A stretch of DNA of 43,222 bases from Clostridia bacterium (GCA_017522905.1 JAFWXY010000077.1:1-43222), one strand, 5' to 3'. Shown: positions 19,265-28,336, numbered from the stretch's first letter. Program-made: numbers and translations. The notes: generated by a model not told the origin, from the letters alone.

Positions 19265-19291
19265 AATAGGCGGCACACAATGCCGCCTATT
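19265..19291 (+). terminator. Hairpin terminator after the aminotransferase gene
   Basis: Stem AATAGGCGGCA (19265-19275) / TGCCGCCTATT (19281-19291). The T tract is weak. Confidence 0.6.
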
Positions 19292-19307
19292 ATTTACGGA
19301 GAAGGAC

Positions 19308-20276
19308 ATGAAGGAAACACAGGTAAGTAAGAATCCTTACAGAAACAGTGATACCAACAAGCGCTATTATACCTACGATTATTACCTGCGCCGCACCTTT
19401 GGCTCAAAGTGTATGAAGATACCGATAGATGCGGGCTTTACCTGCCCGAATATTGACGGCAGATGCGCTCATGGGGGATGTATATACTGCTCGCCTCGCG
19501 GTAGCGGTGATTTCGCACAGGAGAGCGTCATTCCTACCGACGAGCAGTTTGAGATAGTCAGATCTCAGCTCTCATCAAAGTGGAAGACAGACAAATATAT
19601 CCCGTATTTTCAAGCGCATACAAACACCTACGCGCCGCTTGAGGCGATACGAGAGAGGATAGAGCCCGTAATGCAAAAGGAGGGCGTGGTGGCATTAAAT
19701 ATCGCAACACGTGCCGACTGTCTTGAGGACGACGTGGTGGAGTATCTCTGTGAGCTTGCAGAGCGAACTACACTCACCGTAGAGCTTGGACTCCAGTCCT
19801 CAAACGATGAGACCGCAAGGATAATAAACAGAGGGCATAGCTACGAGGATTTCCTTGTGGGGTATGAGAAACTTCGCCACGCGTCGGACAAAATAAATAT
19901 CTGTGTGCATATCATTTTTGGTCTACCCGGAGAGGATAGGGAAATGATGCTTAAGACCGTCAAGGACGTGGCAGACTTACACCCCGAGCAGGTAAAAATT
20001 CACTTATTGCATGTGATAAAAAATACCGCTATGGCGGATATCTATCTTGGCGGTGACTACATTCCTATGACCATGGAGGATTACGTCGATAACGTAGCTC
20101 TGGCGCTGACGTATCTGCCGCCCGATACAGTCATCGGACGCCTTACGGGAGACGGAATGCAAAGTGAGCTTTTGGCTCCCGATTGGAGCAGAAAAAAGAC
20201 TGTCGTCATAAATAACATCGACAAGAAAATGTACGAAGACGACCTCTACCAAGGAAAAAATTATACCAAGGAATAA
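19308..20276 (+). CDS. TIGR01212-family radical SAM protein (YtqA/YhcC-like)
   Basis: The N-terminal KIPIDAGFTCPNIDGRCAHGGCIYCS cluster motif is characteristic of this family. About 320 aa. Confidence 0.85.
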   Translation: MKETQVSKNPYRNSDTNKRYYTYDYYLRRTFGSKCMKIPIDAGFTCPNIDGRCAHGGCIYCSPRGSGDFAQESVIPTDEQFEIVRSQLSSKWKTDKYIPYFQAHTNTYAPLEAIRERIEPVMQKEGVVALNIATRADCLEDDVVEYLCELAERTTLTVELGLQSSNDETARIINRGHSYEDFLVGYEKLRHASDKINICVHIIFGLPGEDREMMLKTVKDVADLHPEQVKIHLLHVIKNTAMADIYLGGDYIPMTMEDYVDNVALALTYLPPDTVIGRLTGDGMQSELLAPDWSRKKTVVINNIDKKMYEDDLYQGKNYTKE

Positions 20277-20282
20277 AGAAAA

Positions 20283-20308
20283 CCCCGACACACCGTGTCG
20301 GGGCTTTT
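20283..20308. terminator. Bidirectional terminator between the radical-SAM gene (+) and the SGNH-like gene (-)
   Basis: Stem CCCCGACAC (20283-20291) / GTGTCGGGG (20295-20303), then CTTTT. An A-rich run lies upstream. Confidence 0.85.
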
Positions 20309-20311
20309 GAG

Positions 20312-21082
20312 TTATTTGTATCCGTGAGTCCTGATATAATCGATCATTGCCTTATAGCCCTCCGCATTCAGAGTGATGCCGTCACCCGAATCATACTCGG
20401 ATGCGAGGTATCCCTGTCCGTCCTTTAATACAGATGCGGTGTTAAGGTATTTCACAGAGCTTTCCTCACATATCTCAACTATCCATTCGTTAGCGGTATT
20501 TATTCTGTCGTTGGCAATATTTGGGGTTGCCTTCTCGGCTTCCCGCGAAATAGGGAATACCGATTGGAGAATGATATTTGTGGTGGGGGAAGAGTCTTTT
20601 ATGGAGTTTATAAGGTCGGTATAGTACTCCTTGAATTTTTCTTCGTTACAGTATGCCACGCCGTTTTCAAGTCCAACGGTGATGATAATGTACTGCGGCT
20701 TGTAGACTTCTGCGGCAGAGGAAATCGAGCTTCCTTTTTTATCCTCGGAGTGAATTATTGCAATGGTTTTCAGGTTGTTGTCAAGTGGGAGAGATCCGTC
20801 GGCGGTTGACCACACCTGGTCCTTTTCCACATCCGTAATAACTCCCGAGATGGGGGAGATTGTCTTGTCTCCTACGAAGATTATCTTCTTGATGTAGCCG
20901 TCTCCGTAGTCGAAGGTCTTCTTAAGCTCGGCCTGTGACAGAGAGCTTTCAGAACCGCTGTTTGTGTAAATATCGGGTCTTGCACCGTTTAAGCATATCG
21001 TTACAATACTCACCGCGCAGGCGACCGTCATAACCGCGATGAACATTATCAGCGTAGCAGCAATTTTATTGAAATTCTTCAT
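20312..21082 (-). CDS. Membrane-anchored SGNH/GDSL-fold protein lacking the catalytic Ser and His
   Basis: N-terminal TM anchor. SGNH block order is recognisable: block I IIFVGDKTI (GDS to GDK), block III IIITVGLENG, block V GDGITLNAEGY (DxxH to DGIT). ATG 21082 follows AGAGGTGG. Confidence 0.5.
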   Translation of the reverse strand: MKNFNKIAATLIMFIAVMTVACAVSIVTICLNGARPDIYTNSGSESSLSQAELKKTFDYGDGYIKKIIFVGDKTISPISGVITDVEKDQVWSTADGSLPLDNNLKTIAIIHSEDKKGSSISSAAEVYKPQYIIITVGLENGVAYCNEEKFKEYYTDLINSIKDSSPTTNIILQSVFPISREAEKATPNIANDRINTANEWIVEICEESSVKYLNTASVLKDGQGYLASEYDSGDGITLNAEGYKAMIDYIRTHGYK

Positions 21083-21097
21083 CTTATAGCCCACCTC

Positions 21098-21571
21098 TTA
21101 AGAAAAGCGGCTTGTATACGTAGTCTCGGGCTTGCTTTTTGCTTTCTTCACTTTTTCGGGCTTTGCCACTGCTGTCTGCTTGTGATCTGTTGTTGCCTTG
21201 AGCTTCTTCTTAAATGAGCCTGCGATCAAAACGGAGGCGGTATAGATTATTGCAAAAACGGCGGTGAATATAGCCGCGTATGCAAACTCCACGCTACAGA
21301 AGATCAAAAAGCAGAGAAATCCCAGGTTGTAGCATGCCGCGTGTATAAGACGCGCTATCGGAGCGTAGAACCTTCCGGATGCGTAAAGCGCGCTTCCAAG
21401 CGACAGGATATATGCGAATATCGCAAAGAATAAAAACGGAGTGGGGGAGAGAATCTTAGCCGCCGAATTTTCGGGCAGCATAAGCGAAAAGAGAAGTATG
21501 AAAAGAGAGCCCGCGGTGTATATTACCGCACCTCTTGTGATAAATCTTTTAAATAAATCCTTAGCGTTCAT
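21098..21571 (-). CDS. Hypothetical small membrane protein (about 4 TM, Lys-rich C-terminal tail)
   Basis: 157-aa ORF with an SD (AAGGAT) and hydrophobic segments. It ends 16 nt before the SGNH-like gene and is served by a consensus promoter. I recognise no family. Confidence 0.5.
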   Translation of the reverse strand: MNAKDLFKRFITRGAVIYTAGSLFILLFSLMLPENSAAKILSPTPFLFFAIFAYILSLGSALYASGRFYAPIARLIHAACYNLGFLCFLIFCSVEFAYAAIFTAVFAIIYTASVLIAGSFKKKLKATTDHKQTAVAKPEKVKKAKSKPETTYTSRFS

Positions 21572-21608
21572 TTTTTATCCTTCAGAAAAGAAAATTGTAT
21601 ACCCGTAC

Positions 21609-21637
21609 ATTATATCAAAAAAAAACGATTATTTCAA
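21609..21637 (-). promoter_or_regulatory. Sigma-A promoter of the membrane-protein/SGNH-like operon
   Basis: Minus strand: TTGAAA (complement of 21632-21637), 17 nt, TATAAT (complement of 21609-21614), preceded by TGA. Confidence 0.65.
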
Positions 21638-21662
21638 GTCCCAAAGAAAAATTTAGCGCAAA

Positions 21663-21699
21663 AGAGAAAAAATAATGAATATTCATACATTTTTGCTCT
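21663..21699. repeat. Imperfect 37-nt palindrome between divergent promoters
   Basis: Perfect 12-nt palindrome ATGAATATTCAT (21675-21686), flanked by AGAGAAAAAA (21663-21672) / TTTTTGCTCT (21690-21699), which are 9/10 complementary. Confidence 0.7.
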
Positions 21700-21718
21700 G
21701 CTTTTATCATATATCCGC

Positions 21719-21747
21719 TTGACAATTATATTAATATTATGTATAAT
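21719..21747 (+). promoter_or_regulatory. Sigma-A promoter of the nusB operon
   Basis: TTGACA (21719-21724), 17 nt, TATAAT (21742-21747). Confidence 0.7.
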
Positions 21748-21807
21748 AAATATGATTGACTATTTTGAATACAGGTGACTGAAATGTTGCCCCTTATGGA
21801 GGAAAAT

Positions 21808-22287
21808 ATGGCAAAGTTATCAAGAAAAGAAGCAAGAGATATACTTTTCGGTCTGCTTTTTGAGACCGAGTTCAAGGCAGGCGAAAATCCTACCGAGATA
21901 TACGAGCTTGCATGTGCTGACCGAGATATTCCCGCCGACAGCTATATCAAGAACACCTTTTTTGGTGTTATCACACGCGCAGAGCTTATCGATGCGGTAA
22001 TCGGCAGATACTCTAAGGGCTGGAAGGCGGACAGACTTTCCAAGGTCTCAAGAACTATCATCCGCGTTGCTATCTACGAGATGCTCTTTATTGACGATAT
22101 TCACCCGAATATCTCTATAAGCCAGGCAGTAGAGTTTGCGGTAAAGTACGGAGAGGACAAGTCCAAGCAGTTTGTAAACGGCGTGCTTTCGGGACTCTTC
22201 AAGGACATAGACGGTAAGGACGTAAGGGCTTACGTTGAGGAGCTTGCATCTACCCTTAATACCTCCTCTGAAGCCGAGGAAGGCTGA
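21808..22287 (+). CDS. nusB: Transcription antitermination factor NusB
   Basis: SRKEARDILFGLLFE N-terminus and the AIYEMLF...ISQAVEFAVKYG..SKQFVNGVL pattern. Start is ambiguous: ATG 21808 follows GGAGG, while ATG 21784 follows AGGTG. Confidence 0.85.
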   Translation: MAKLSRKEARDILFGLLFETEFKAGENPTEIYELACADRDIPADSYIKNTFFGVITRAELIDAVIGRYSKGWKADRLSKVSRTIIRVAIYEMLFIDDIHPNISISQAVEFAVKYGEDKSKQFVNGVLSGLFKDIDGKDVRAYVEELASTLNTSSEAEEG

Positions 22288-22291
22288 GAAA

Positions 22292-23257
22292 ATGCCTGAG
22301 AGCGAGTTGTTTTTAGGTATAGATACGAGTAATTACACCACCTCCGCATCGCTTTGCGATAAAGGAGGAAGGGTAATACTTAATCTCAAAAAGCTTTTGC
22401 CCGTAAAAGAAGGAGAGAGAGGACTCAGACAGTGTGACGCACTCTTCGCGCACACAAAAAACCTCCCCGAGATTATGGGTAAGCTTGGAGAGTTTCTGAA
22501 AAATGAAATGCCTTGTGCCAAAATAGTCGCGCTTGGTGTATCATCCACCCCGAGAAGTGTTGAAGGCTCGTATATGCCTTGCTTTTTGTCGGGTGTGGCG
22601 GCGGCGGAGAGTATATGCGCGGTTCTCGGATGTGAAAGATATTTCTTCTCGCACCAGGACGGTCATATAATGGCGGCGCTTTACTCATCGGGCAAGACCG
22701 AGCTTCTTTATTCCAAGGAGCCCTTTGCAGCGTTCCACGTTTCGGGCGGTACTACCGAGCTTTTGCTTGTCAATCCCACCGACGACGGAATGAGGGTAGA
22801 GCTTATCGGCGGCACGCAGGATATGAATGCGGGTCAGGCGATAGACAGAACGGGTGTTATGATGGGACTTAAGTTTCCCTGCGGCAGAGAGATGGAGTCC
22901 TTGTGCGGCGACGTGCCGTATAAGAAGTGCAAGGTGTCGGTAAACGGACTTGATTGCAATTTGTCGGGGCTTGAAAACCTTGCGGCAAGGAAGTACCGCG
23001 AGACGAATGACAAGGCGGCGACAAGTGCCTTCTGCTTTGACTTTATTGCGGACACGCTCTATAAGCTCACCGAGAACCTCAGAGAGCAGTATGACAACAT
23101 CCCCGTGATATTCGCGGGCGGTGTTATGAGCAACAAGCGCATAGCGAAAAGACTTTCAAATCTCGGGAACGTCTATTTCTCGGAGCCCGAGTTTTCTGCG
23201 GATAATGCCGCGGGGATCGCGCTTCTGACAAGAAGAAAATACATGAAAAACAAATGA
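22292..23257 (+). CDS. TsaD/Kae1-like (Peptidase_M22/ASKHA) paralog of unknown role
   Basis: LGIDTSNYTTSASL N-terminus, HQDGH (HxxGH metal motif), VSGGTTELL, AGGVMSN and SADNAAGIA resemble TsaD/Kae1. ATG 22292 follows GAGGAAGG and lies 4 nt after the nusB stop. Confidence 0.6.
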   Translation: MPESELFLGIDTSNYTTSASLCDKGGRVILNLKKLLPVKEGERGLRQCDALFAHTKNLPEIMGKLGEFLKNEMPCAKIVALGVSSTPRSVEGSYMPCFLSGVAAAESICAVLGCERYFFSHQDGHIMAALYSSGKTELLYSKEPFAAFHVSGGTTELLLVNPTDDGMRVELIGGTQDMNAGQAIDRTGVMMGLKFPCGREMESLCGDVPYKKCKVSVNGLDCNLSGLENLAARKYRETNDKAATSAFCFDFIADTLYKLTENLREQYDNIPVIFAGGVMSNKRIAKRLSNLGNVYFSEPEFSADNAAGIALLTRRKYMKNK

Positions 23258-23270
23258 TAAGGAGAAAGCC

Positions 23271-24497
23271 ATGCAGGATAAGGCGGTATTCAGCGTCACG
23301 CAGTTAAATGAATATATCAAAATGACGCTTGAATCAAGCTCGGTCTTGCAAAGCGTGTATCTCCGCGGAGAAATATCCAATCTCAAGAGCAACTACTCCT
23401 CGGGACATATGTATTTCTCTCTTAAGGATGAGAAATCGTCCTTGCGCGCGGTAATGTTCCGCTTCAGTGCGGCAAGGCTTAAATTTATGCCCGAGAGCGG
23501 TATGAAGGTGATCGTGCACGGTAAAATATCTTCATATACGGTCAGCGGAGATTGCCAGATAATTATAGACGATATGCAGCCGGACGGCGCAGGAGCGCTT
23601 GCGGTTGCATTCGAGCAGTTAAAGAAAAAGCTCTCGGGCGAGGGACTTTTTGACCCCGAGAGAAAAAAGCCCATACCAAAGCTTCCGCGCAGCGTCGGAG
23701 TTATAACCTCAGCGTCGGGCGCGGCGCTCCACGATATTATCAACGTGTCGGGCAGACGTTGTCCCTCGACGGAGATAATCATCTATCCGTCCTACGTTCA
23801 GGGCGAGCTTGCGCCGAGAAGCCTTACGGGAGGTATTCTGTTCTTTAACCAAAGACATAAGGTTGACGTTATCATTATCGGCCGCGGAGGAGGCTCTGCG
23901 GAGGACCTATGGTGCTTTAACGACGAGACTCTGGCTCGCACGATAGCGGGGTCGGATATTCCCGTCATTTCTGCGGTGGGACACGAGACCGACTTTACGA
24001 TATGCGACTTTGTTGCCGACCTTCGCGCTCCCACGCCGTCGGCAGCGGCAGAGCTTGCATTTCCGGACACAGCGGAAATACTAAACAGAGTAAGGACGCT
24101 GAGCATTAAAAGCGAAAATGCGCTTACAATAAAGATAAGCAGGATACAAAGTGCCCTTGAGCTGATGAAAAAGAGCGTGGAGCTCCATTCTCCCATAAGA
24201 CGGCTTGGCGAGAGGGAGAGCGCGCTTGAGATCCTTAAAAACAGATTGGATTCGGCACAAAGAAGCAGACTTGAAGCATTTGAGTCTGAGTTCAGAATGC
24301 TTTGCACCCGTCTTGAGGCGTCAAATCCGCTTTCAGTGCTCTCACACGGCTACAGCGTGGTAGAGGACGCACAGGGAAGACTTATCTCGTCTGTAAGCGG
24401 GGTAAGGTCGGGTGACGATATTACGGTGAAGCTTCAGGACGGTGAGCTTTCCGCAATCGTAAGCGATACGCGAATCAAAAAAGAAATTGAGGGGTAA
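23271..24497 (+). CDS. xseA: Exodeoxyribonuclease VII large subunit
   Basis: N-terminal OB-fold pattern (FSVTQLNEYIK...YLRGEISN), GVITSASGAALHD and IGRGGGSAEDLWCFNDE motifs. Confidence 0.95.
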   Translation: MQDKAVFSVTQLNEYIKMTLESSSVLQSVYLRGEISNLKSNYSSGHMYFSLKDEKSSLRAVMFRFSAARLKFMPESGMKVIVHGKISSYTVSGDCQIIIDDMQPDGAGALAVAFEQLKKKLSGEGLFDPERKKPIPKLPRSVGVITSASGAALHDIINVSGRRCPSTEIIIYPSYVQGELAPRSLTGGILFFNQRHKVDVIIIGRGGGSAEDLWCFNDETLARTIAGSDIPVISAVGHETDFTICDFVADLRAPTPSAAAELAFPDTAEILNRVRTLSIKSENALTIKISRIQSALELMKKSVELHSPIRRLGERESALEILKNRLDSAQRSRLEAFESEFRMLCTRLEASNPLSVLSHGYSVVEDAQGRLISSVSGVRSGDDITVKLQDGELSAIVSDTRIKKEIEG

Positions 24498-24503
24498 ACA
24501 GAT

Positions 24504-24749
24504 ATGGCAGAGAGAAAGAAGAACGATATAGAGTCCTTGATGATAAGACTTGAGGAGATAGTGAAGGAGATGGAGGGAGAAAAGCTTCCCCTTGACAAGT
24601 CCTTAAAGCTTTACGAGGAGGGAATCGGCATCGTTGCAAAATGCTCCGATGAGCTTGAGGCTGCGAAGAGAAAAATAAAGGTCTTACAGCAGGGTAAGGA
24701 CGGCGGGATTGAGCTTGCAGAGCTTCCCGAGGGCACTTTTAATTCTTAA
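24504..24749 (+). CDS. xseB: Exodeoxyribonuclease VII small subunit
   Basis: 81 aa. LEEIVKEME...LPLDKSLKLYEEG pattern, directly after xseA. Confidence 0.9.
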   Translation: MAERKKNDIESLMIRLEEIVKEMEGEKLPLDKSLKLYEEGIGIVAKCSDELEAAKRKIKVLQQGKDGGIELAELPEGTFNS

Positions 24750-24762
24750 GCGAGGTAAAGAA

Positions 24763-25665
24763 ATGCTTGAAAATAACAATAAGCTTGCACTCTCGGTGCT
24801 TGACGAATGCGCAGGCGCGGTAAATTGTGAGCTTGAGAAAATATATCCCGAGGTAGACGGCATAGCCAAGGTTCTCTACGAAGCCGAGAGATACAGTCTT
24901 CTCTCGGGTGGAAAGAGAGTAAGAGCGGCGCTTGTGATTGAGTCGTGCAGACTGCTTGGCGGTAAGACTGAGGCGGCATTGCCTTTTGCATCTGCCGTTG
25001 AGATGGTGCATACATACTCGCTTATACATGATGATCTGCCCTGTATGGATAACGATGATCTTCGCCGAGGCAAGCCGACAAACCATAATGTTTACGGTGA
25101 GGCATACGCTACGCTTGCGGGCGACGGACTTCTTACAGATGCGTTTGCAGTTTGTGCCATGAACCCCCACGTTACGGGTGATTGCGCCGCGGCGGCGGTT
25201 GCGCTTTTGTCGGGTGCGGCGGGAAGCTATGGAATGATCAAGGGACAGGTCATGGATATATACGGCGAGAGCCATGCTCTTAGCGAAAAGGAGCTTGTGG
25301 AGCTTCACATGGGCAAAACAGGCGCGATGATATGTGTGTCTGCTCAGCTTGGTGCGCTCGCGGCGGGCTACGCGCCTAATAGCGAGATGACCGAGAAGCT
25401 TACGGTGTTTGCGCAGATGATAGGACTTGCATTCCAGGTGATCGACGATATTCTTGACGTTACCTCTACTGACGAGGAGCTTGGAAAGAGCATAGGCTCC
25501 GACAAGGACAAGAATAAGACCACGTTTATGAGCTTCTTTACGGTAGAGGAGGCTCGTGCGTATGCAAGGAGACTTACCGATGACGCGATCGCGGCTATAG
25601 AGGATATCGAGGGCTCGGAGAGGCTTCAGAGCCTTGCAAGATTTTTGTGCGACAGGACAAAATAA
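24763..25665 (+). CDS. ispA: Polyprenyl (farnesyl/geranylgeranyl) diphosphate synthase
   Basis: First Asp-rich motif LIHDDLPCMDNDDLRRGKPT and second FQVIDDILD. ATG 24763 follows GAGGT; the track start at 24709 overlaps xseB. Confidence 0.9.
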   Translation: MLENNNKLALSVLDECAGAVNCELEKIYPEVDGIAKVLYEAERYSLLSGGKRVRAALVIESCRLLGGKTEAALPFASAVEMVHTYSLIHDDLPCMDNDDLRRGKPTNHNVYGEAYATLAGDGLLTDAFAVCAMNPHVTGDCAAAAVALLSGAAGSYGMIKGQVMDIYGESHALSEKELVELHMGKTGAMICVSAQLGALAAGYAPNSEMTEKLTVFAQMIGLAFQVIDDILDVTSTDEELGKSIGSDKDKNKTTFMSFFTVEEARAYARRLTDDAIAAIEDIEGSERLQSLARFLCDRTK

Positions 25666-25679
25666 AAGGATAATTGAAA

Positions 25680-26168
25680 ATGGATTTTTTGAATGAATTA
25701 TACAGTATGGCTACCAACTACTGCCTTGTGAGTGCGGGAGCAGGATGGGTTGTGGCGCAGATACTCAAGGCGATAACCGGTGTTTTTAAATTAAAGAAAT
25801 TTACTCTTACCGAATTTTTCTTCGGCACGGGAGGAATGCCCTCGTCGCACACTGCGGCGGTGATAGGACTCCTCACCTCCTGCGGAGTAAAGTACGGACT
25901 TGGTTCAGGCTACTTTGCAATCAGCTTTATACTTGCGATGATAGTAATCAGAGATGCTATGGGCATGAGACGTCAGGTTGGCGAGCATGCAAAGGCACTC
26001 AACCTTATATTCAAGGAGCTTGTTGAGTCCAAGGATATCGAGCATACCCATAAGGCGTTCGGAGAGCTTGCGGGGCATACACCCTTGCAGGTATATGCAG
26101 GCGCGGCAGTAGGACTTATAGTGGCACTTCTGATGTCGCTTATCCCCGCGTTTGGAGTATTTGCATGA
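25680..26168 (+). CDS. Divergent PAP2-family membrane protein (DUF212, acid-phosphatase/haloperoxidase-related)
   Basis: About 160-aa membrane protein with GGMPSSHTA and RDAMGMRR motifs typical of DUF212. Confidence 0.72.
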   Translation: MDFLNELYSMATNYCLVSAGAGWVVAQILKAITGVFKLKKFTLTEFFFGTGGMPSSHTAAVIGLLTSCGVKYGLGSGYFAISFILAMIVIRDAMGMRRQVGEHAKALNLIFKELVESKDIEHTHKAFGELAGHTPLQVYAGAAVGLIVALLMSLIPAFGVFA

Positions 26169-26944
26169 GAGCAGATAGCTTTCTGACCGTATACGGATAC
26201 GTAGAGAGTCGCACGCGCGCGGCAAGACTTATAGCTGACGGCAAGGTTTTGGTGGATGGATGCATTGTCAAGAAGCCGTCAGAGGAGATATGGGGCGAGG
26301 AGCACACGGTTGAGATCACCGAGGTTGATAAATACGTCAGTCGCGGTGGACTCAAGCTTGAGGCGGCGCTCTCGGTCTTCAAAGTTGAGGTCAGCGGCAA
26401 AAGATGCATTGATATGGGCGCATCTACGGGTGGATTTACCGATTGCCTTTTACAAAACGGAGCGGCAAGCGTTTACTGTGTAGATTCGGGCAGGGGGCAG
26501 CTCCACTCGAAGATACTGTCAGACAAGCGAGTGGTAAATGTAGAGGGCTTCAATGCGCGAGAGCTCACAGAGGACGATTTCGGGCTCTTTGACGTTGCGG
26601 TCATGGACGTGTCCTTTATCTCGCAAACGCTTATCCACGGCGGTGTTGCAAGAGTGCTTTCGGAGGGCGGTATATTCGTCTCCCTCATCAAGCCTCAGTT
26701 TGAGGCAGGCAAGCAGGCTCTCGGCAAAAAAGGAATAGTCAAGGACCCAAAAGACAGAGCTGCGGCAATAGAGCGCGTGCTTGAGTCTGCGCTTCTACAC
26801 GGACTATACACGGAGGGACTTATCTGCTCTCCCATTGAGGGCGGCGACGGCAACAGAGAATACCTGGCACTTTTCAAGAAGACAAGCGAGCCGATCAATA
26901 AAACAATAGACAAAAGGGAAATCACCGAGATTTCCAAACGATAA
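26165..26944 (+). CDS. tlyA: TlyA-family rRNA (cytidine-2'-O)-methyltransferase
   Basis: N-terminal S4 domain (RADSFL..SRTRAARLI..GKVLV). VSRGGLKLEAAL and DMGASTGGFTD SAM-binding motifs. ATGA overlap with the preceding stop. Confidence 0.9.
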   Translation: MRADSFLTVYGYVESRTRAARLIADGKVLVDGCIVKKPSEEIWGEEHTVEITEVDKYVSRGGLKLEAALSVFKVEVSGKRCIDMGASTGGFTDCLLQNGAASVYCVDSGRGQLHSKILSDKRVVNVEGFNARELTEDDFGLFDVAVMDVSFISQTLIHGGVARVLSEGGIFVSLIKPQFEAGKQALGKKGIVKDPKDRAAAIERVLESALLHGLYTEGLICSPIEGGDGNREYLALFKKTSEPINKTIDKREITEISKR

Positions 26945-26974
26945 ATCACATTTTGCAAAAAGAAGGGCGTTAGT

Positions 26975-27862
26975 ATGAACAGACCCATAAAAAAGGTACT
27001 TATAATCACCAATTTCAATATATACGATAAGGCGAACGCCGCTATGAAGGTAGCCGAAAAGCTCAAGGCGCTTGACTGTGAAGTATGCACGCTTGTATAT
27101 AACAAGGACAGACTTTACAGACACAACAAAAACAAGATAGAGTTCACCTATCTTCAGCCCGAGGAGGCTTACGGCGCGGTTGATGCCGCTGTGGTGCTTG
27201 GCGGAGACGGAACTATACTTGAGTCTGCACGGCGCGCGGCACCCCACGGTACGTATATACTCGGTCTGAATCTCGGACGTCTTGGCTATATGGCAGAGCT
27301 TGAGCTCGGTGAGCTTGATAAGCTTGAGAGAATGGTCTCGGGTGATTATAAGACCGAGACACGCTCTATGATAAATATCGAGATAATCAACACAGAGGGA
27401 AGTGTAAGAAAGAACGAATACGCACTTAACGACGCGGTTCTTTCAAACGGCTCCATCTCGAGAATAGTTGATACCGAGCTTTATGAGGGCGGTATTTCAA
27501 TCGGCAACTACCGTTCCGACGGAATGATAATCTCCACCCCCACAGGCTCAACCGCATATTCGCTTGCGGCAGGCGGAGCTATCGTTGATCCCAGGCTCAA
27601 CTGCCTGTGCGTAACGCCGATATGCCCCCACTCACTCACGGCAAGACCGCTTATTTTCTCGGATAGTGCGAGCATTGAGATAAAGAACAACTGCCCGCGC
27701 GAAAAGACACTCTTTTTGACAGTAGACGGCAGAGTTAACTATGAGCTTGCCATAGGCGAGAAGATAAGAGTAACGCGCTCCCCCCTCGTAACATACTTCA
27801 TAAGACTTAACGAGTATAGCTTCTATTCAAGACTCAGACAAAAAATGAACGACATTAAATAA
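26975..27862 (+). CDS. nadK: NAD kinase
   Basis: VLGGDGTIL, NLGRLGYM, NDAV and STPTGSTAYSLAAGG motifs. Confidence 0.92.
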   Translation: MNRPIKKVLIITNFNIYDKANAAMKVAEKLKALDCEVCTLVYNKDRLYRHNKNKIEFTYLQPEEAYGAVDAAVVLGGDGTILESARRAAPHGTYILGLNLGRLGYMAELELGELDKLERMVSGDYKTETRSMINIEIINTEGSVRKNEYALNDAVLSNGSISRIVDTELYEGGISIGNYRSDGMIISTPTGSTAYSLAAGGAIVDPRLNCLCVTPICPHSLTARPLIFSDSASIEIKNNCPREKTLFLTVDGRVNYELAIGEKIRVTRSPLVTYFIRLNEYSFYSRLRQKMNDIK

Positions 27863-27877
27863 AAACGGAGACGGAGA

Positions 27878-28336
27878 ATGAAAAAGGGAAGACAGGAAAA
27901 AATAATTGAGCTTATTACAAAATACGAGATAAATACGCAGGACGATCTTATAGATATGCTGGGCGTTGAGGGATACAAGGTAACCCAGGCGACGGTATCG
28001 AGAGATATCAGAGACCTTGATCTCGTTAAGGTTGCAACGCCGGGAGGCTCATATAAGTACGTGGTATCGCGTTTGTCCAAGAACGGTGTTGGCGGAGTAA
28101 GCCTGCTTAGAAACCCGATAGTTGAGACTGTAGTGAATATTACCGCCGCCCAGAACATCGTGGTGCTCAAAACAACTCCGGGTATGGCAGGTGCGGTAGC
28201 AACCTTTATTGACCGCATGCCCGACAGTAATATTCTCGGCAGCGTTGCGGGAGATGATACTATCATCATAGTAACACCCGATAACGACGCGGCAGTAGCA
28301 ACCGCAGAAAAGTTCAAAAGCGTTATAGCGCTTTAA
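27878..28336 (+). CDS. argR: Arginine repressor
   Basis: Winged-helix N-terminus (GYKVTQATVSRDIRDL) and a C-terminal oligomerisation/arginine-binding region (GSVAGDDTIIIV). Confidence 0.9.
   Translation: MKKGRQEKIIELITKYEINTQDDLIDMLGVEGYKVTQATVSRDIRDLDLVKVATPGGSYKYVVSRLSKNGVGGVSLLRNPIVETVVNITAAQNIVVLKTTPGMAGAVATFIDRMPDSNILGSVAGDDTIIIVTPDNDAAVATAEKFKSVIAL

Noticed and set aside
21675-21686. ARG box or Fur/PerR box interpretation of ATGAATATTCAT
   Set aside because: The ARG box needs TGAAT-W4-ATTCA, and the four central bases are missing here. A Fur-type 7-1-7 repeat (TGATAAT-N-ATTATCA) does not align either.
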